Source: a virus. From it: 64,000 nt of DNA. This document shows, one piece after another, positions 1 to 7,702 of the stretch (within the stretch, counting starts at the first letter, position 1; each line of letters begins with the position of its first letter). The position numbers and the translations under genes were made by a program. The stretch is taken from IMG/VR virus record IMGVR_UViG_3300025620_000004, positions 1 through 64,000 of that record; one strand, given 5' to 3'. Under the pieces are notes generated by a model that searched no databases, was not told where the DNA came from, and worked only from the letters and a program-made list of their open reading frames with translations.

Positions 1-570
1 ATCTTCTAGCGCGGTATGTGGCTCATCTGGCAGATCTAAGCCGTAGATAAATTTCGCCATCGTGTCAGCGGTCATTGATGGGTTGCGGAGTTTCGCAGTT
101 AAAAAGCCGTGAGTGTGGCAAAATTCGTGATATTCAGCAAGCGCACCGATCTGGCGTTTTGCGGCTTTCATTAGGCAAAAACGAGAATTGAAAACCCCAA
201 GATTGATGCGAGTGTTGCGGCATTTGCCAAGATCAAAAGCGATATTGTAAGCAGTCAGCGCAGGATTATAGCGAGCATTTACGCCAGCAAGCCATTGATT
301 GATTAGACCAACGCTAGAGATTGAACGCAAGCCAGACTCGAGCATATTATCGTAATTTTTTGCGCGTCTCTGTGCGGATTGCTCAGACCAGAAGGCAGAA
401 GGATCAGCAGAAGGATCAGAGAACAGCGGCATAGTACCAAAATGTCCGTGAACCATTGCCCCGAATTGCTCGACAATTTGCCCCTGTTTAGTCATAACAA
501 CCGCGCCAAAATCTGCAACAGTGCCGCGCTTGGTTGTCTCAGTGTCTACGATCAAGTAATAATGTCTCAT
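1..570 (-). CDS. DEDDh-family 3'-5' exonuclease (runs off the window edge; absent from ORF track)
   Basis: Manual translation from ATG at 570: MRHYYLIVDTETTKRG...LTAYNIAFDLGK...DEPHTALED, i.e. ExoI (DxE), ExoII (YNxxFD) and ExoIII (HxAxxD) motifs; frame open to position 1. Confidence 0.85.
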   Translation of the reverse strand, partial: MRHYYLIVDTETTKRGTVADFGAVVMTKQGQIVEQFGAMVHGHFGTMPLFSDPSADPSAFWSEQSAQRRAKNYDNMLESGLRSISSVGLINQWLAGVNARYNPALTAYNIAFDLGKCRNTRINLGVFNSRFCLMKAAKRQIGALAEYHEFCHTHGFLTAKLRNPSMTADTMAKFIYGLDLPDEPHTALED

Positions 571-573
571 GGT

Positions 574-1050
574 TTACGCTCCTAATTGTGCGTTGAGTTT
601 TACAGCGTCACGGGTAATTATACCGAGTTTGTCAGCCATTGCAAGCACCGCTTTGTTATCGTCATAAAATACAGCGTTGCGAGTCCAACGGGCAACCGGT
701 ATTTTTAAGCCGCGAAAGTGACGCAATAAAAGGTCGCGCTTCATTTCCGCATCGCCTCGATTGTCGCCTTCAACGCGTGATAGTAGCGCATGAAACCGCA
801 AATCGTGAGCCGCTAAAAATACATGATCCCAAACAGAGAGAACGCGAGCAGTGCATACGATAACATTATCGCCTTTAGCATATGCAGAGCGCATCAGATC
901 AGCCAGAGGCAGGATTTTATCAGCCATGATTTTTTCTCTGGTGCAATTCTCGCGCCAGTTATCCAGATCAAGGGAACCATCTGCGCGGGTATGTTGGCGA
1001 TGGCTTGAGTCGATCACAGTGTGATCTAGGTCAAAGATATAATTAATCAT
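574..1050 (-). CDS. HAD-superfamily phosphatase (PNKP 3'-phosphatase/nucleotidase-like)
   Basis: HAD motif I FDLDHTVID, motif II VCTAR, Lys (AEMK), motif IV YDDN; start taken at MINYIF downstream of GGAG. Confidence 0.8.
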   Translation of the reverse strand: MINYIFDLDHTVIDSSHRQHTRADGSLDLDNWRENCTREKIMADKILPLADLMRSAYAKGDNVIVCTARVLSVWDHVFLAAHDLRFHALLSRVEGDNRGDAEMKRDLLLRHFRGLKIPVARWTRNAVFYDDNKAVLAMADKLGIITRDAVKLNAQLGA

Positions 1051-1054
1051 TTTT

Positions 1055-1246
1055 TTATGCTCCAAGGTTAGCGGCAAAGCCACCGATTGAGATTAGGTTT
1101 AAGATGGTCAAATTGTGCATTCTAGCGTTGACAGATTGAACAGTCAACAGCACCAGACCGCAGATCGCGACAGGTATTACCAGAGTGAAGGCAAAAATTG
1201 CCATCAGTACCGCGCCCAAGTATCCAGAGTAGTCGTATAAATTCAT
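1055..1246 (-). CDS. small membrane protein
   Basis: 63 aa, mostly hydrophobic; leader ACTTACTAGGAT shared with the upstream gene. Confidence 0.65.
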   Translation of the reverse strand: MNLYDYSGYLGAVLMAIFAFTLVIPVAICGLVLLTVQSVNARMHNLTILNLISIGGFAANLGA

Positions 1247-1280
1247 GATGATAAAATCCTAGTAAGTGAGTTAAGCCCTG

Positions 1281-1309
1281 ATTATACAGGGCTAATCCAG
1301 TTTATGCAA
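1281..1309 (-). promoter_or_regulatory. sigma70 promoter with -10 inside an inverted repeat
   Basis: TTGCAT-17-TATAAT on minus; AGCCCTG/CAGGGCT (1274-1293) flanks the -10 hexamer. Confidence 0.6.
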
Positions 1310-1604
1310 TAGATTGCAATAGTTTATTTAGAGCCGATCCGGTGGCCTTTTCTAGCCCATCAAGCGAATCAGTATCAACAGCCGCGCAGATTGCCGCGAC
1401 CATATCGGCCTTAGATGGAGCCGCTTTTTTCTTGGCCGGAGCCGGCTTCGAGATATATTCGAATCCTTCGCGCTTGGCTTTGGCAATGATCGAGCGGTAG
1501 CCGCGATCTAGTTGCGCACCAAGTGCTTTAGCTTTAGCCAGATCAAGAGGTTGAGCGGCTTCGATAGTTGCTACCATTTCGGCAGTGTAGTTAACGTCAG
1601 TCAT
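1302..1604 (-). CDS. T5 A2-like pre-early DNA-binding protein
   Basis: Pattern RSIIAKAKREGFEYISK...SKADMVAAI...LDGLEKATGSALNKL resembles my recollection of T5 A2 architecture; AGGA RBS before MTDVNY. Confidence 0.6.
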   Translation of the reverse strand: MTDVNYTAEMVATIEAAQPLDLAKAKALGAQLDRGYRSIIAKAKREGFEYISKPAPAKKKAAPSKADMVAAICAAVDTDSLDGLEKATGSALNKLLQSIA

Positions 1605-1663
1605 AATTTTATATCCTAGTAAGTAATTGTAAAGAGATGTTATCTTATCATAGAGCGCAAGCA

Positions 1664-1825
1664 TTAGCAAGCCTCAATCAAAGAATTTAAAGAAAAAATT
1701 AGCGCGGCCATAACCGGAACCATAACCAGAGCCAGCCAGCCAACGCCACCAAGAAACGAGACAACGAACGCAACAGCCGCGCAAAGAATCAAAAAAACGT
1801 TTAAAACGATTGTAAATAATGCCAT
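1664..1825 (-). CDS. 53-aa two-helix membrane protein (absent from ORF track)
   Basis: MALFTIVLNVFLILCAAVAFVVSFLGGVGWLALVMVPVMAALIFSLNSLIEAC; AAGGAAGG RBS and promoter upstream. Confidence 0.6.
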   Translation of the reverse strand: MALFTIVLNVFLILCAAVAFVVSFLGGVGWLALVMVPVMAALIFSLNSLIEAC

Positions 1826-1860
1826 GGTGAAGCCCTTCCTTATCTGTCTAATGAGGTGAT

Positions 1861-1888
1861 ATTATAGCAAATCTGGCGAGCCGGTCAA
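1861..1888 (-). promoter_or_regulatory. sigma70 promoter for the leftward pre-early-like genes
   Basis: TTGACC-16-TATAAT on minus with AT-rich UP region. Confidence 0.65.
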
Positions 1889-2029
1889 GCATTTATTTAT
1901 TTCTTTTTAGAATAAAAAAGCATAAGCATGGGGGCGGTTAGACGACTTGGTTATAAGCAGCGCGCCCGCGCTCCCCCACACGTATAACATTCTAATATTA
2001 TCAAAAACCAAAAGGGTGTATCAAAAAAA

Positions 2030-2063
2030 TTGTCATAAAACTGTAACAATTGTATGATATAAT
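2030..2063 (+). promoter_or_regulatory. Pho box (PhoB site) promoter
   Basis: TTGTCATAAAACTGTAAC (2030-2047) matches the CTGTCATA(A/T)A(A/T)CTGTCA(C/T) consensus, followed after exactly 10 bp by TATAAT (2058-2063); no TTGACA. Confidence 0.8.
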
Positions 2064-2103
2064 ATGCAAGTTACAAAAATTGTGACAAGCGAAGGAGAAT
2101 AAT

Positions 2104-2430
2104 ATGAAATTGAAGGAAATTTTATGGGGACCATGGCAACTTACTGTATATTTGATCGCGGGCACCATTCTGTTTGCAACATTACCAAGTGCAGATCCGT
2201 ATGTTGAGTACAAATACAAGCAAAGTCTCGACACAAGTTCAAAGACTTCCAAATATTTGCGAGTTGGATACAAGTTCAAAAATAATTTATATGTGGAAAG
2301 TGGCAACGACTCTGCGGAACTTGGGTATAAGAAAAAGTTTGGCAACCTAGTAGTGAAGGGTAAGATCGAAAGTACGAACGATTTTGACAAAAACGGTCTC
2401 GAAACAGAAATACGATATACTTTCAAGTAA
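2104..2430 (+). CDS. putative small outer-membrane beta-barrel/porin-like protein
   Basis: N-terminal signal-like segment, amphipathic strands (YLRVGYKF, AELGYKKKF), C-terminal EIRYTF(K) resembling a BAM beta-signal; AAGGAG RBS. Confidence 0.6.
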   Translation: MKLKEILWGPWQLTVYLIAGTILFATLPSADPYVEYKYKQSLDTSSKTSKYLRVGYKFKNNLYVESGNDSAELGYKKKFGNLVVKGKIESTNDFDKNGLETEIRYTFK

Positions 2431-2460
2431 TTCAACTACTTCAGGCGGAGAAAAAAGTTG

Positions 2461-2489
2461 TTGACAAACCTCTTCGCCTGAGGTATACT
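2461..2489 (+). promoter_or_regulatory. T5-type strong sigma70 promoter
   Basis: A-tract + TTGACA-17-TATACT. Confidence 0.75.
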
Positions 2490-2602
2490 TACAACATGAA
2501 GAACTATTCTAGATATATTAAACGCAAATACGGATATCGCCTGCCCAGACTTGGTAGGCATGTCGATATTTATGTCTAACACCCCCAACTCAAAAATAAT
2601 TC

Positions 2603-2631
2603 TTGACATCGCACATCACCTTCGGTATAAT
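2603..2631 (+). promoter_or_regulatory. T5-type strong sigma70 promoter
   Basis: AAAAATAATTC-TTGACA-17-TATAAT. Confidence 0.85.
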
Positions 2632-2676
2632 GTAAAAATAATGGAAACATAACCAACGTACTTCAATAGGCTTTAC

Positions 2677-3240
2677 ATGAACAGATTATTACTTATTTTT
2701 ACGCTTGTATTATCCGGTGCTTTATACGCCCAGGACGAAGATACAACAAATACAGACACAATTGTCACAGACTCAACGACAACCAGTGATATTAACAGCA
2801 CTACCACTACTACGTTGAAGTCCCCGCCTCCGTCGGCAATTACCCCGACGATGAATATTTCTAATTCAGATCTTTGTACGGTAGGAGTTGCGGGTGCAGT
2901 ACAGACCCAGATCCTAGGCATAAGCATGGGAACTACGACAAGAGATATGAATTGTGAGAAATTAAAGAATGCAAAGACTCTTTATGACATGGGCATGAAA
3001 GTAGCAGCGGTTTCAGTAATGTGTCAAGACAAGCGTGTATTTGACGCAATGATGATGGCAGGAACACCTTGCCCGTATGACGGTATGATCGGACCAGATG
3101 CGAAAGCAGGCTGGGAAACTCATAGAGAAGAAGAACCTCTAGAGGAGAAAGATGAAGATGCAATGGACGAGACTACCAAAAAGACACTCTTTGGCGTTGG
3201 CGGTATCCTTAGTTTGCTTGGCGCCCTCCTCATACTCTGA
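2677..3240 (+). CDS. exported Cys-containing protein with C-terminal membrane anchor
   Basis: Signal peptide (ALYA|QD), Thr-rich linker, four Cys (DLC, NCE, MCQD, TPCP), terminal hydrophobic helix. Confidence 0.75.
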   Translation: MNRLLLIFTLVLSGALYAQDEDTTNTDTIVTDSTTTSDINSTTTTTLKSPPPSAITPTMNISNSDLCTVGVAGAVQTQILGISMGTTTRDMNCEKLKNAKTLYDMGMKVAAVSVMCQDKRVFDAMMMAGTPCPYDGMIGPDAKAGWETHREEEPLEEKDEDAMDETTKKTLFGVGGILSLLGALLIL

Positions 3241-4018
3241 GGAAGTATACGGACAGGCACGAATATCAGCTTATGACTGGTACATGCAAAATGTACTGCC
3301 TCAGCAAGCTGGTTTAACCGTTTCATCTGTAATATATCGTTACCAAGCGATAAAAAACGTAGAAGATGACATGATTGTACACGTTTCAAACGAGAATGCA
3401 CTCGGAGACGGGTATATTTTTAGAGAAAGTGATGACTGGTCAGGATTACCTGGCAACAAGATTTACAAAGTAGTTGGTGTAGGAGATATTCCGATTGAAG
3501 CATGGGGTGACGGCTCGATCTCGGTCGAAGGATTCGGTACAGTAGCAAACCCATCAGTGGTGTACAGCTATAGGTATGATCCTTGCTTTGACCCACAATC
3601 AGATCCTTCGTGCCCTGACTACCAAATACCGTATGATCCTTCGTTAATACCTGACGTAGATGTGTATGACCCGCTTCAGGATGAGTTTGTTCTTGCAGAG
3701 ATGGAAAAGCAAGCGAAGATTGACGAAGAGGAAGAATACGAGCGCAAGATGCGCATCAAAAAAGTAAAAGTAAACCTAGAGAAGATGCTAGGTGGTATTA
3801 ATACTGGAGCAATGAGTGACCAAGCCGCAGCACAGGCTAACGCACTTTTTGCAATGAACTACATACCCCGCAGTTATACAGGGTCACTCAATGGTGGCGT
3901 GTATGCGGATACAGTAGTACTGGTAGATGGAAAGCTACCAGACAATGAAAAAGCAAGGAGAGTTGGGCTGGCTCAACAATTGCTTCATGAAGAAATGGTA
4001 GAGGCCCAATATGACTAA
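3152..4018 (+). CDS. exported hypothetical protein
   Basis: Signal-like N-terminus, beta-rich domain, DPCFDPQSDPSCP motif, acidic helical C-terminal half. Confidence 0.7.
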   Translation: MKMQWTRLPKRHSLALAVSLVCLAPSSYSEEVYGQARISAYDWYMQNVLPQQAGLTVSSVIYRYQAIKNVEDDMIVHVSNENALGDGYIFRESDDWSGLPGNKIYKVVGVGDIPIEAWGDGSISVEGFGTVANPSVVYSYRYDPCFDPQSDPSCPDYQIPYDPSLIPDVDVYDPLQDEFVLAEMEKQAKIDEEEEYERKMRIKKVKVNLEKMLGGINTGAMSDQAAAQANALFAMNYIPRSYTGSLNGGVYADTVVLVDGKLPDNEKARRVGLAQQLLHEEMVEAQYD

Positions 4019-4060
4019 TAACACTACCACAGAGGCTTTAATGCCTAAATGGACATTCAT

Positions 4061-4552
4061 ATGAAAAAGCCTTTCATCCTGTTAGCCGCCTTAGTATCTA
4101 CTTCGGCACTCGCTAACGTACCCATCTTGGGAACAGTAGAGTCCAAATGTGTCATTCAAACTGATACGTCTGGAGTGTACGGTAACCCAAGTCCAAGCGA
4201 ACTAAGTACGTCTTCTGCGTCTGGTGGTGTAAAACCCATTATTCGTTACGACATCTTAGCAGCAGACCACTACAAAGCAATTGTCACCTACCCAGACTCT
4301 TTCTCCTCTAGTCCCGTATTAGAAGACGTAGTAAACTGGACAGGCGATGTAGTAGTGGGTCAAACCTCGGACGCAAGTATGTCAGAGTTTGAAACTAATA
4401 AAGTCGAGTATAACAATACAGTCGAGTTTGATCTAACGATCGCAGGTTCTGTATGGTTTGACGTTTCATCTACCGCAGACTATGGTTATGATAAATCTTT
4501 TCCAGCAGGGGATTACACAGCTATGGTAACGGCAGAATGTATCGCTCAATAA
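4061..4552 (+). CDS. exported pilin-like (chaperone-usher/Csu-type Ig fold) protein
   Basis: Signal peptide (SALA|N); N-terminal I-x-G-T-V-x-x-x-C and C-terminal AGDYTAMVT, both typical of fimbrial subunits. Confidence 0.55.
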   Translation: MKKPFILLAALVSTSALANVPILGTVESKCVIQTDTSGVYGNPSPSELSTSSASGGVKPIIRYDILAADHYKAIVTYPDSFSSSPVLEDVVNWTGDVVVGQTSDASMSEFETNKVEYNNTVEFDLTIAGSVWFDVSSTADYGYDKSFPAGDYTAMVTAECIAQ

Positions 4553-4998
4553 TACTTTTTGCTTTATTGTGTTTAGGTGGGTACGCAAGTGCCCATCAAT
4601 TTACTCCCACTTACCCAGACTTACAAACGTCATATGTAAGCGGAGTAAAGGTAGTTCGAATGAGTCTATTCAATAGTCGGCAAGAAATTGATTGGTACTC
4701 TATTGGTGTTTATGATCGAGACTGGAATAGTGTAGCTTTTGCCAGCACAAACAAACTCATCAATTTACCATACTTAGAAAGAAAAAACATAGAAGTGTAC
4801 ATAAGAGAAAGAGATGCAGAAAAAGTAGCATACATATGCTCTAAATCAAAAATCCTTTCAGGTACAAAAGATCCTTCTATCATAACCTCAAGAATATGTT
4901 CAAAAATAAAAAGTGAGAACGATGCGAATAATACTACTACTAGCTCTATGTCTGCTCTGCGGAGTAGCCTGGGCGGATTCGAGCTCTCTAAACCTTAA
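4537..4998 (+). CDS. exported protein, possible PapD-like pilus chaperone N-domain
   Basis: Signal peptide (YASA|H), FTPTY start, MSLFN strand, paired Cys (YICS, RICS); follows the pilin-like gene. Confidence 0.5.
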   Translation: MYRSIILFALLCLGGYASAHQFTPTYPDLQTSYVSGVKVVRMSLFNSRQEIDWYSIGVYDRDWNSVAFASTNKLINLPYLERKNIEVYIRERDAEKVAYICSKSKILSGTKDPSIITSRICSKIKSENDANNTTTSSMSALRSSLGGFELSKP

Positions 4999-5347
4999 TC
5001 TGCCTAGCTCGCCACAGAGCTACGCATCAGATAGAATTAGGGCAGGGCAGTTAGATTGTCAAAATGCGATTGGTTCAGCAACCAACGTAGAGTTTGGGGT
5101 TGTGGGTTTTATTGACAATCAATATCAAGACCCTTACAATAACACGCCCTATGACGCAACTATGCCTACAACACGAGCAAGTGACATAGGTGTATACGCA
5201 AAAATTACAATACCAATTGGTGCTCCAAAAGAACGCATCAATTGTAATACTCTTTACCAGTTAGAGTTAGAAAAGAAACGCATGGAAGTAATGAAGTTAA
5301 AACAAGAGATAGCGAATCTCAGGAACCTACAATTTGTAGAGGAGTAA
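4922..5347 (+). CDS. exported protein with beta-hairpin and C-terminal coiled coil
   Basis: Signal peptide (VAWA|D); two Cys; strands VEFGVVG and GVYAKITIPIG; heptad tail. Confidence 0.75.
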   Translation: MRIILLLALCLLCGVAWADSSSLNLNLPSSPQSYASDRIRAGQLDCQNAIGSATNVEFGVVGFIDNQYQDPYNNTPYDATMPTTRASDIGVYAKITIPIGAPKERINCNTLYQLELEKKRMEVMKLKQEIANLRNLQFVEE

Positions 5348-5348
5348 C

Positions 5349-5807
5349 ATGGCAGAGTTTGAATTTGGAGGTATGACGTTTAAAGGCGGCAGAATGATGG
5401 TTATGCTTACAGCACTTTCCACACTTGGTGGTGCAGCATGGGCAGGCTTTGAATTTTACGCAGATTATATGGACATGAAAGAAATCGTCCAGAATATCGA
5501 CACAGATGCTATCGCAGCACGAAACCTTCAAATAGAGCAAAAGCTCGACGATGCTATTGAATACACACGAGACATTAAATCTGGGTTGAGAGATGATATA
5601 CTTTCAATCGAGAAGCAAGCAGATCGCGCGGAAGATAAAGTACGTGCTATGGAAACCGAAGTACGAGATATGATAGATAAAGCAAGCGAACGCTTTGAAA
5701 CTAAGCGCGACGCTATGAAAGCAGACTCGGAACAAGACATGGAAGATCTGGAAGATCGACTAGAAAAGAAACTACAGAGAGCCCTAGATAATCCACTCTC
5801 TGATTAA
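5349..5807 (+). CDS. membrane-anchored coiled-coil protein
   Basis: Single N-terminal hydrophobic helix then charged heptads; GAGGAG RBS. Confidence 0.75.
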   Translation: MAEFEFGGMTFKGGRMMVMLTALSTLGGAAWAGFEFYADYMDMKEIVQNIDTDAIAARNLQIEQKLDDAIEYTRDIKSGLRDDILSIEKQADRAEDKVRAMETEVRDMIDKASERFETKRDAMKADSEQDMEDLEDRLEKKLQRALDNPLSD

Positions 5808-5824
5808 CCTGAGAAAAAAATCTC

Positions 5825-5853
5825 TTGACAAAACAACCCTAACTGAGTATAAT
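5825..5853 (+). promoter_or_regulatory. late-region sigma70 promoter (terS)
   Basis: A-tract + TTGACA-17-TATAAT, 7 nt before the terS ATG. Confidence 0.85.
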
Positions 5854-5860
5854 TTGAACC

Positions 5861-6322
5861 ATGGCAAAAGAATTAACTACAATTAGTCCTGAGGGACTGG
5901 AGATAGCGAATAGTTATCTTCAATACGGAAATATTCGGGCAGTATGCGAATATCTTCAAGTACCCGAACAGCGAGTAGTTGATGCGTTAAATACACGCGA
6001 AGTAAAGAAGTACATTGACACAGTGTACTTGGACATGGGCTACCGTAACAAGAACAACATTGGTTCCCTGTTAGACGAGATGATCGCATCTAAGTTAGAA
6101 GAAGCCCAGGAATCTGGCGTATACTCTAGCAAAGACTTAGCAGATCTATTACAAATGGCACATAAAATGCGTATAGACGAGATCAAGGCACAAGCCGACC
6201 TCGCTAAAGCAGAAGGTAGCAATATCAAAAACCAGACTAATGTACAGATTAATGAAGCTGTTCCATTCGGTCAAGGTAATTATGGTAAGCTAATGGATAA
6301 ACTACTCAATGGAACAGATTGA
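5861..6322 (+). CDS. terS: terminase small subunit (T5-type)
   Basis: SPEG..I...YLQ.G, EVK.Y....GYRN, KLEE, AHKM, NQTNVQ motifs as in T5 TerS; upstream of terL. Confidence 0.85.
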   Translation: MAKELTTISPEGLEIANSYLQYGNIRAVCEYLQVPEQRVVDALNTREVKKYIDTVYLDMGYRNKNNIGSLLDEMIASKLEEAQESGVYSSKDLADLLQMAHKMRIDEIKAQADLAKAEGSNIKNQTNVQINEAVPFGQGNYGKLMDKLLNGTD

Positions 6323-6515
6323 TCGAATAACTGAAATTGAAAAGAAGATGTACGCTCATGAAGTTCAGTGTGAAGAGCGTTGGAAAACTTGTTTTCAAAG
6401 ACTCGAAGATATGGAAACAGGACTCATGCGTATTGAGTCTAGAATGCTAACTATGGGTGGAACTATGATAATGTTCCTAGCGGGTGTTCTGGTCACCCTT
6501 CTTACTAAAATATAA
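6309..6515 (+). CDS. small coiled-coil + TM protein (XhlA/holin-like)
   Basis: HEVQCEERW coiled coil followed by a C-terminal TM helix. Confidence 0.55.
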   Translation: MEQIDRITEIEKKMYAHEVQCEERWKTCFQRLEDMETGLMRIESRMLTMGGTMIMFLAGVLVTLLTKI

Positions 6516-6943
6516 TGTTAGCCGAAATAGCCGCAGCAAATGCTGCGTTTTCGGTCATCAAGCAAGCTCTTAGCAACGGAAAAGAAATCTTTGAAGTTGG
6601 AGAAGAAGCTACAAGATATTTTGATAATAAGTCTGTTGTAGCGAAGAAGTCGAACGCTCACGGCAACAAAGAAGAACTCTCAGCTTTCATGGAGTTACAG
6701 AAACTTAGAAAGCAAGAAGAATGGCTACGAGAGCATATGATTTATGCAGGCGACCCAGGAATCTGGGATGCGTGGCTCCAGTTTCAGTCCAATGCAAAAA
6801 GAGCTAGAGAAAAAGCGATTCGAGAAGAAAAGCAGCGTAAAGCAAAACAAATGGAATTCATCCTACTATGGATAAAAGTAGTAGCCGGTATCACAATATT
6901 GGTACCCGCTCTAGTATGGTTAATCGTAGGATTAGCCTCATAG
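6515..6943 (+). CDS. hypothetical protein with C-terminal TM helix
   Basis: ORF coupled by TAATG; helical body and hydrophobic tail. Confidence 0.7.
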   Translation: MLAEIAAANAAFSVIKQALSNGKEIFEVGEEATRYFDNKSVVAKKSNAHGNKEELSAFMELQKLRKQEEWLREHMIYAGDPGIWDAWLQFQSNAKRAREKAIREEKQRKAKQMEFILLWIKVVAGITILVPALVWLIVGLAS

Positions 6944-6953
6944 GAGAAAGTCT

Positions 6954-7031
6954 ATGCCAAAAGGTAAAGGAACATACGGATCAACAGTCGGTCGACCAAA
7001 AAAGAAGAAGCCGAAGAAGAGAGGCAAGTAA
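6954..7031 (+). CDS. 25-aa highly basic peptide (absent from ORF track)
   Basis: MPKGKGTYGSTVGRPKKKKPKKRGK with AGGAG RBS. Confidence 0.65.
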   Translation: MPKGKGTYGSTVGRPKKKKPKKRGK

Positions 7032-7032
7032 T

Positions 7033-7215
7033 ATGGAAATTTCAGAAAGACGCGGACGCTGGGTGCTTATTGATAATAATGGAAAGACTACTAAGCATGC
7101 TACAGAAGAAGAGGCCAAAAAAGCCGCTGGCTGGGTTCCTCCAGTAGAGGAGATTTTAGATGGCAGCAAAGAAAAGAAGGAAGACGGCAAAGAAAAAGCC
7201 GGTACCGACAAATAA
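7033..7215 (+). CDS. hypothetical protein
   Basis: MEISERRGRWVLID... preceded by GAGG, 1 nt after the previous stop. Confidence 0.6.
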   Translation: MEISERRGRWVLIDNNGKTTKHATEEEAKKAAGWVPPVEEILDGSKEKKEDGKEKAGTDK

Positions 7216-7348
7216 AAGACTCTATGCCTCTGTAAAAGCTACAGTAAAACGAAAGTTTAAAGTATACCCTTCCGCATATGCAAATGCCTTCCTAGTAAAA
7301 GAGTATAAGCGAAGAGGTGGTAAGTACCGAATGGGGGTCAAGAAATGA
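7160..7348 (+). CDS. small basic protein (DUF5872-like)
   Basis: LY..VK......PSAYAN..LVKEYK.RGG.Y motif; GAGGAG RBS. Confidence 0.65.
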   Translation: MAAKKRRKTAKKKPVPTNKRLYASVKATVKRKFKVYPSAYANAFLVKEYKRRGGKYRMGVKK

Positions 7349-7617
7349 GTCTCAAGAAATGGTTCAAAGAAGAATGGGTAGACATCTCCCGTCCAAAGAA
7401 GGGCGGAGGTTACGCTAAGTGTGGTAGAGGCAAAGCAAAAAGCAGCAAGTACCCGAAGTGTGTGCCCAAAGCAAAAGCAGCTCGTATGACTGCAGCACAG
7501 AAAAAGTCTGCTATTAGAAGAAAAAGAAAAGCAGGCAACCCTGGTGGTAAACCCACTATGGTAAAAACATTCGTGAAAAAGAAGCGTAAAGCTACTATGA
7601 AGCGAAGAAAGAAATAG
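7345..7617 (+). CDS. small basic protein
   Basis: LKKWFKEEWVDI..CGR..YPKCVP motif; ATGA-coupled to previous gene. Confidence 0.7.
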   Translation: MSLKKWFKEEWVDISRPKKGGGYAKCGRGKAKSSKYPKCVPKAKAARMTAAQKKSAIRRKRKAGNPGGKPTMVKTFVKKKRKATMKRRKK

Positions 7618-7702
7618 GGTGTCAAGTGGCACTCTTTGCTAGGCCCTTTCCTGATATATCGGACACATTTTTTACCAAGGGCAGGACAATACGGAGAAAC
7701 AG

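Noticed and set aside
379-1008. Plus-strand ORFs 379-585, 639-863 and 823-1008
   Set aside because: Antisense shadows of the exonuclease and HAD phosphatase genes, which carry clear motifs.
2001-2435. 144-aa minus-strand ORF
   Set aside because: Antisense to the porin-like gene, which has the RBS and Pho-box promoter.
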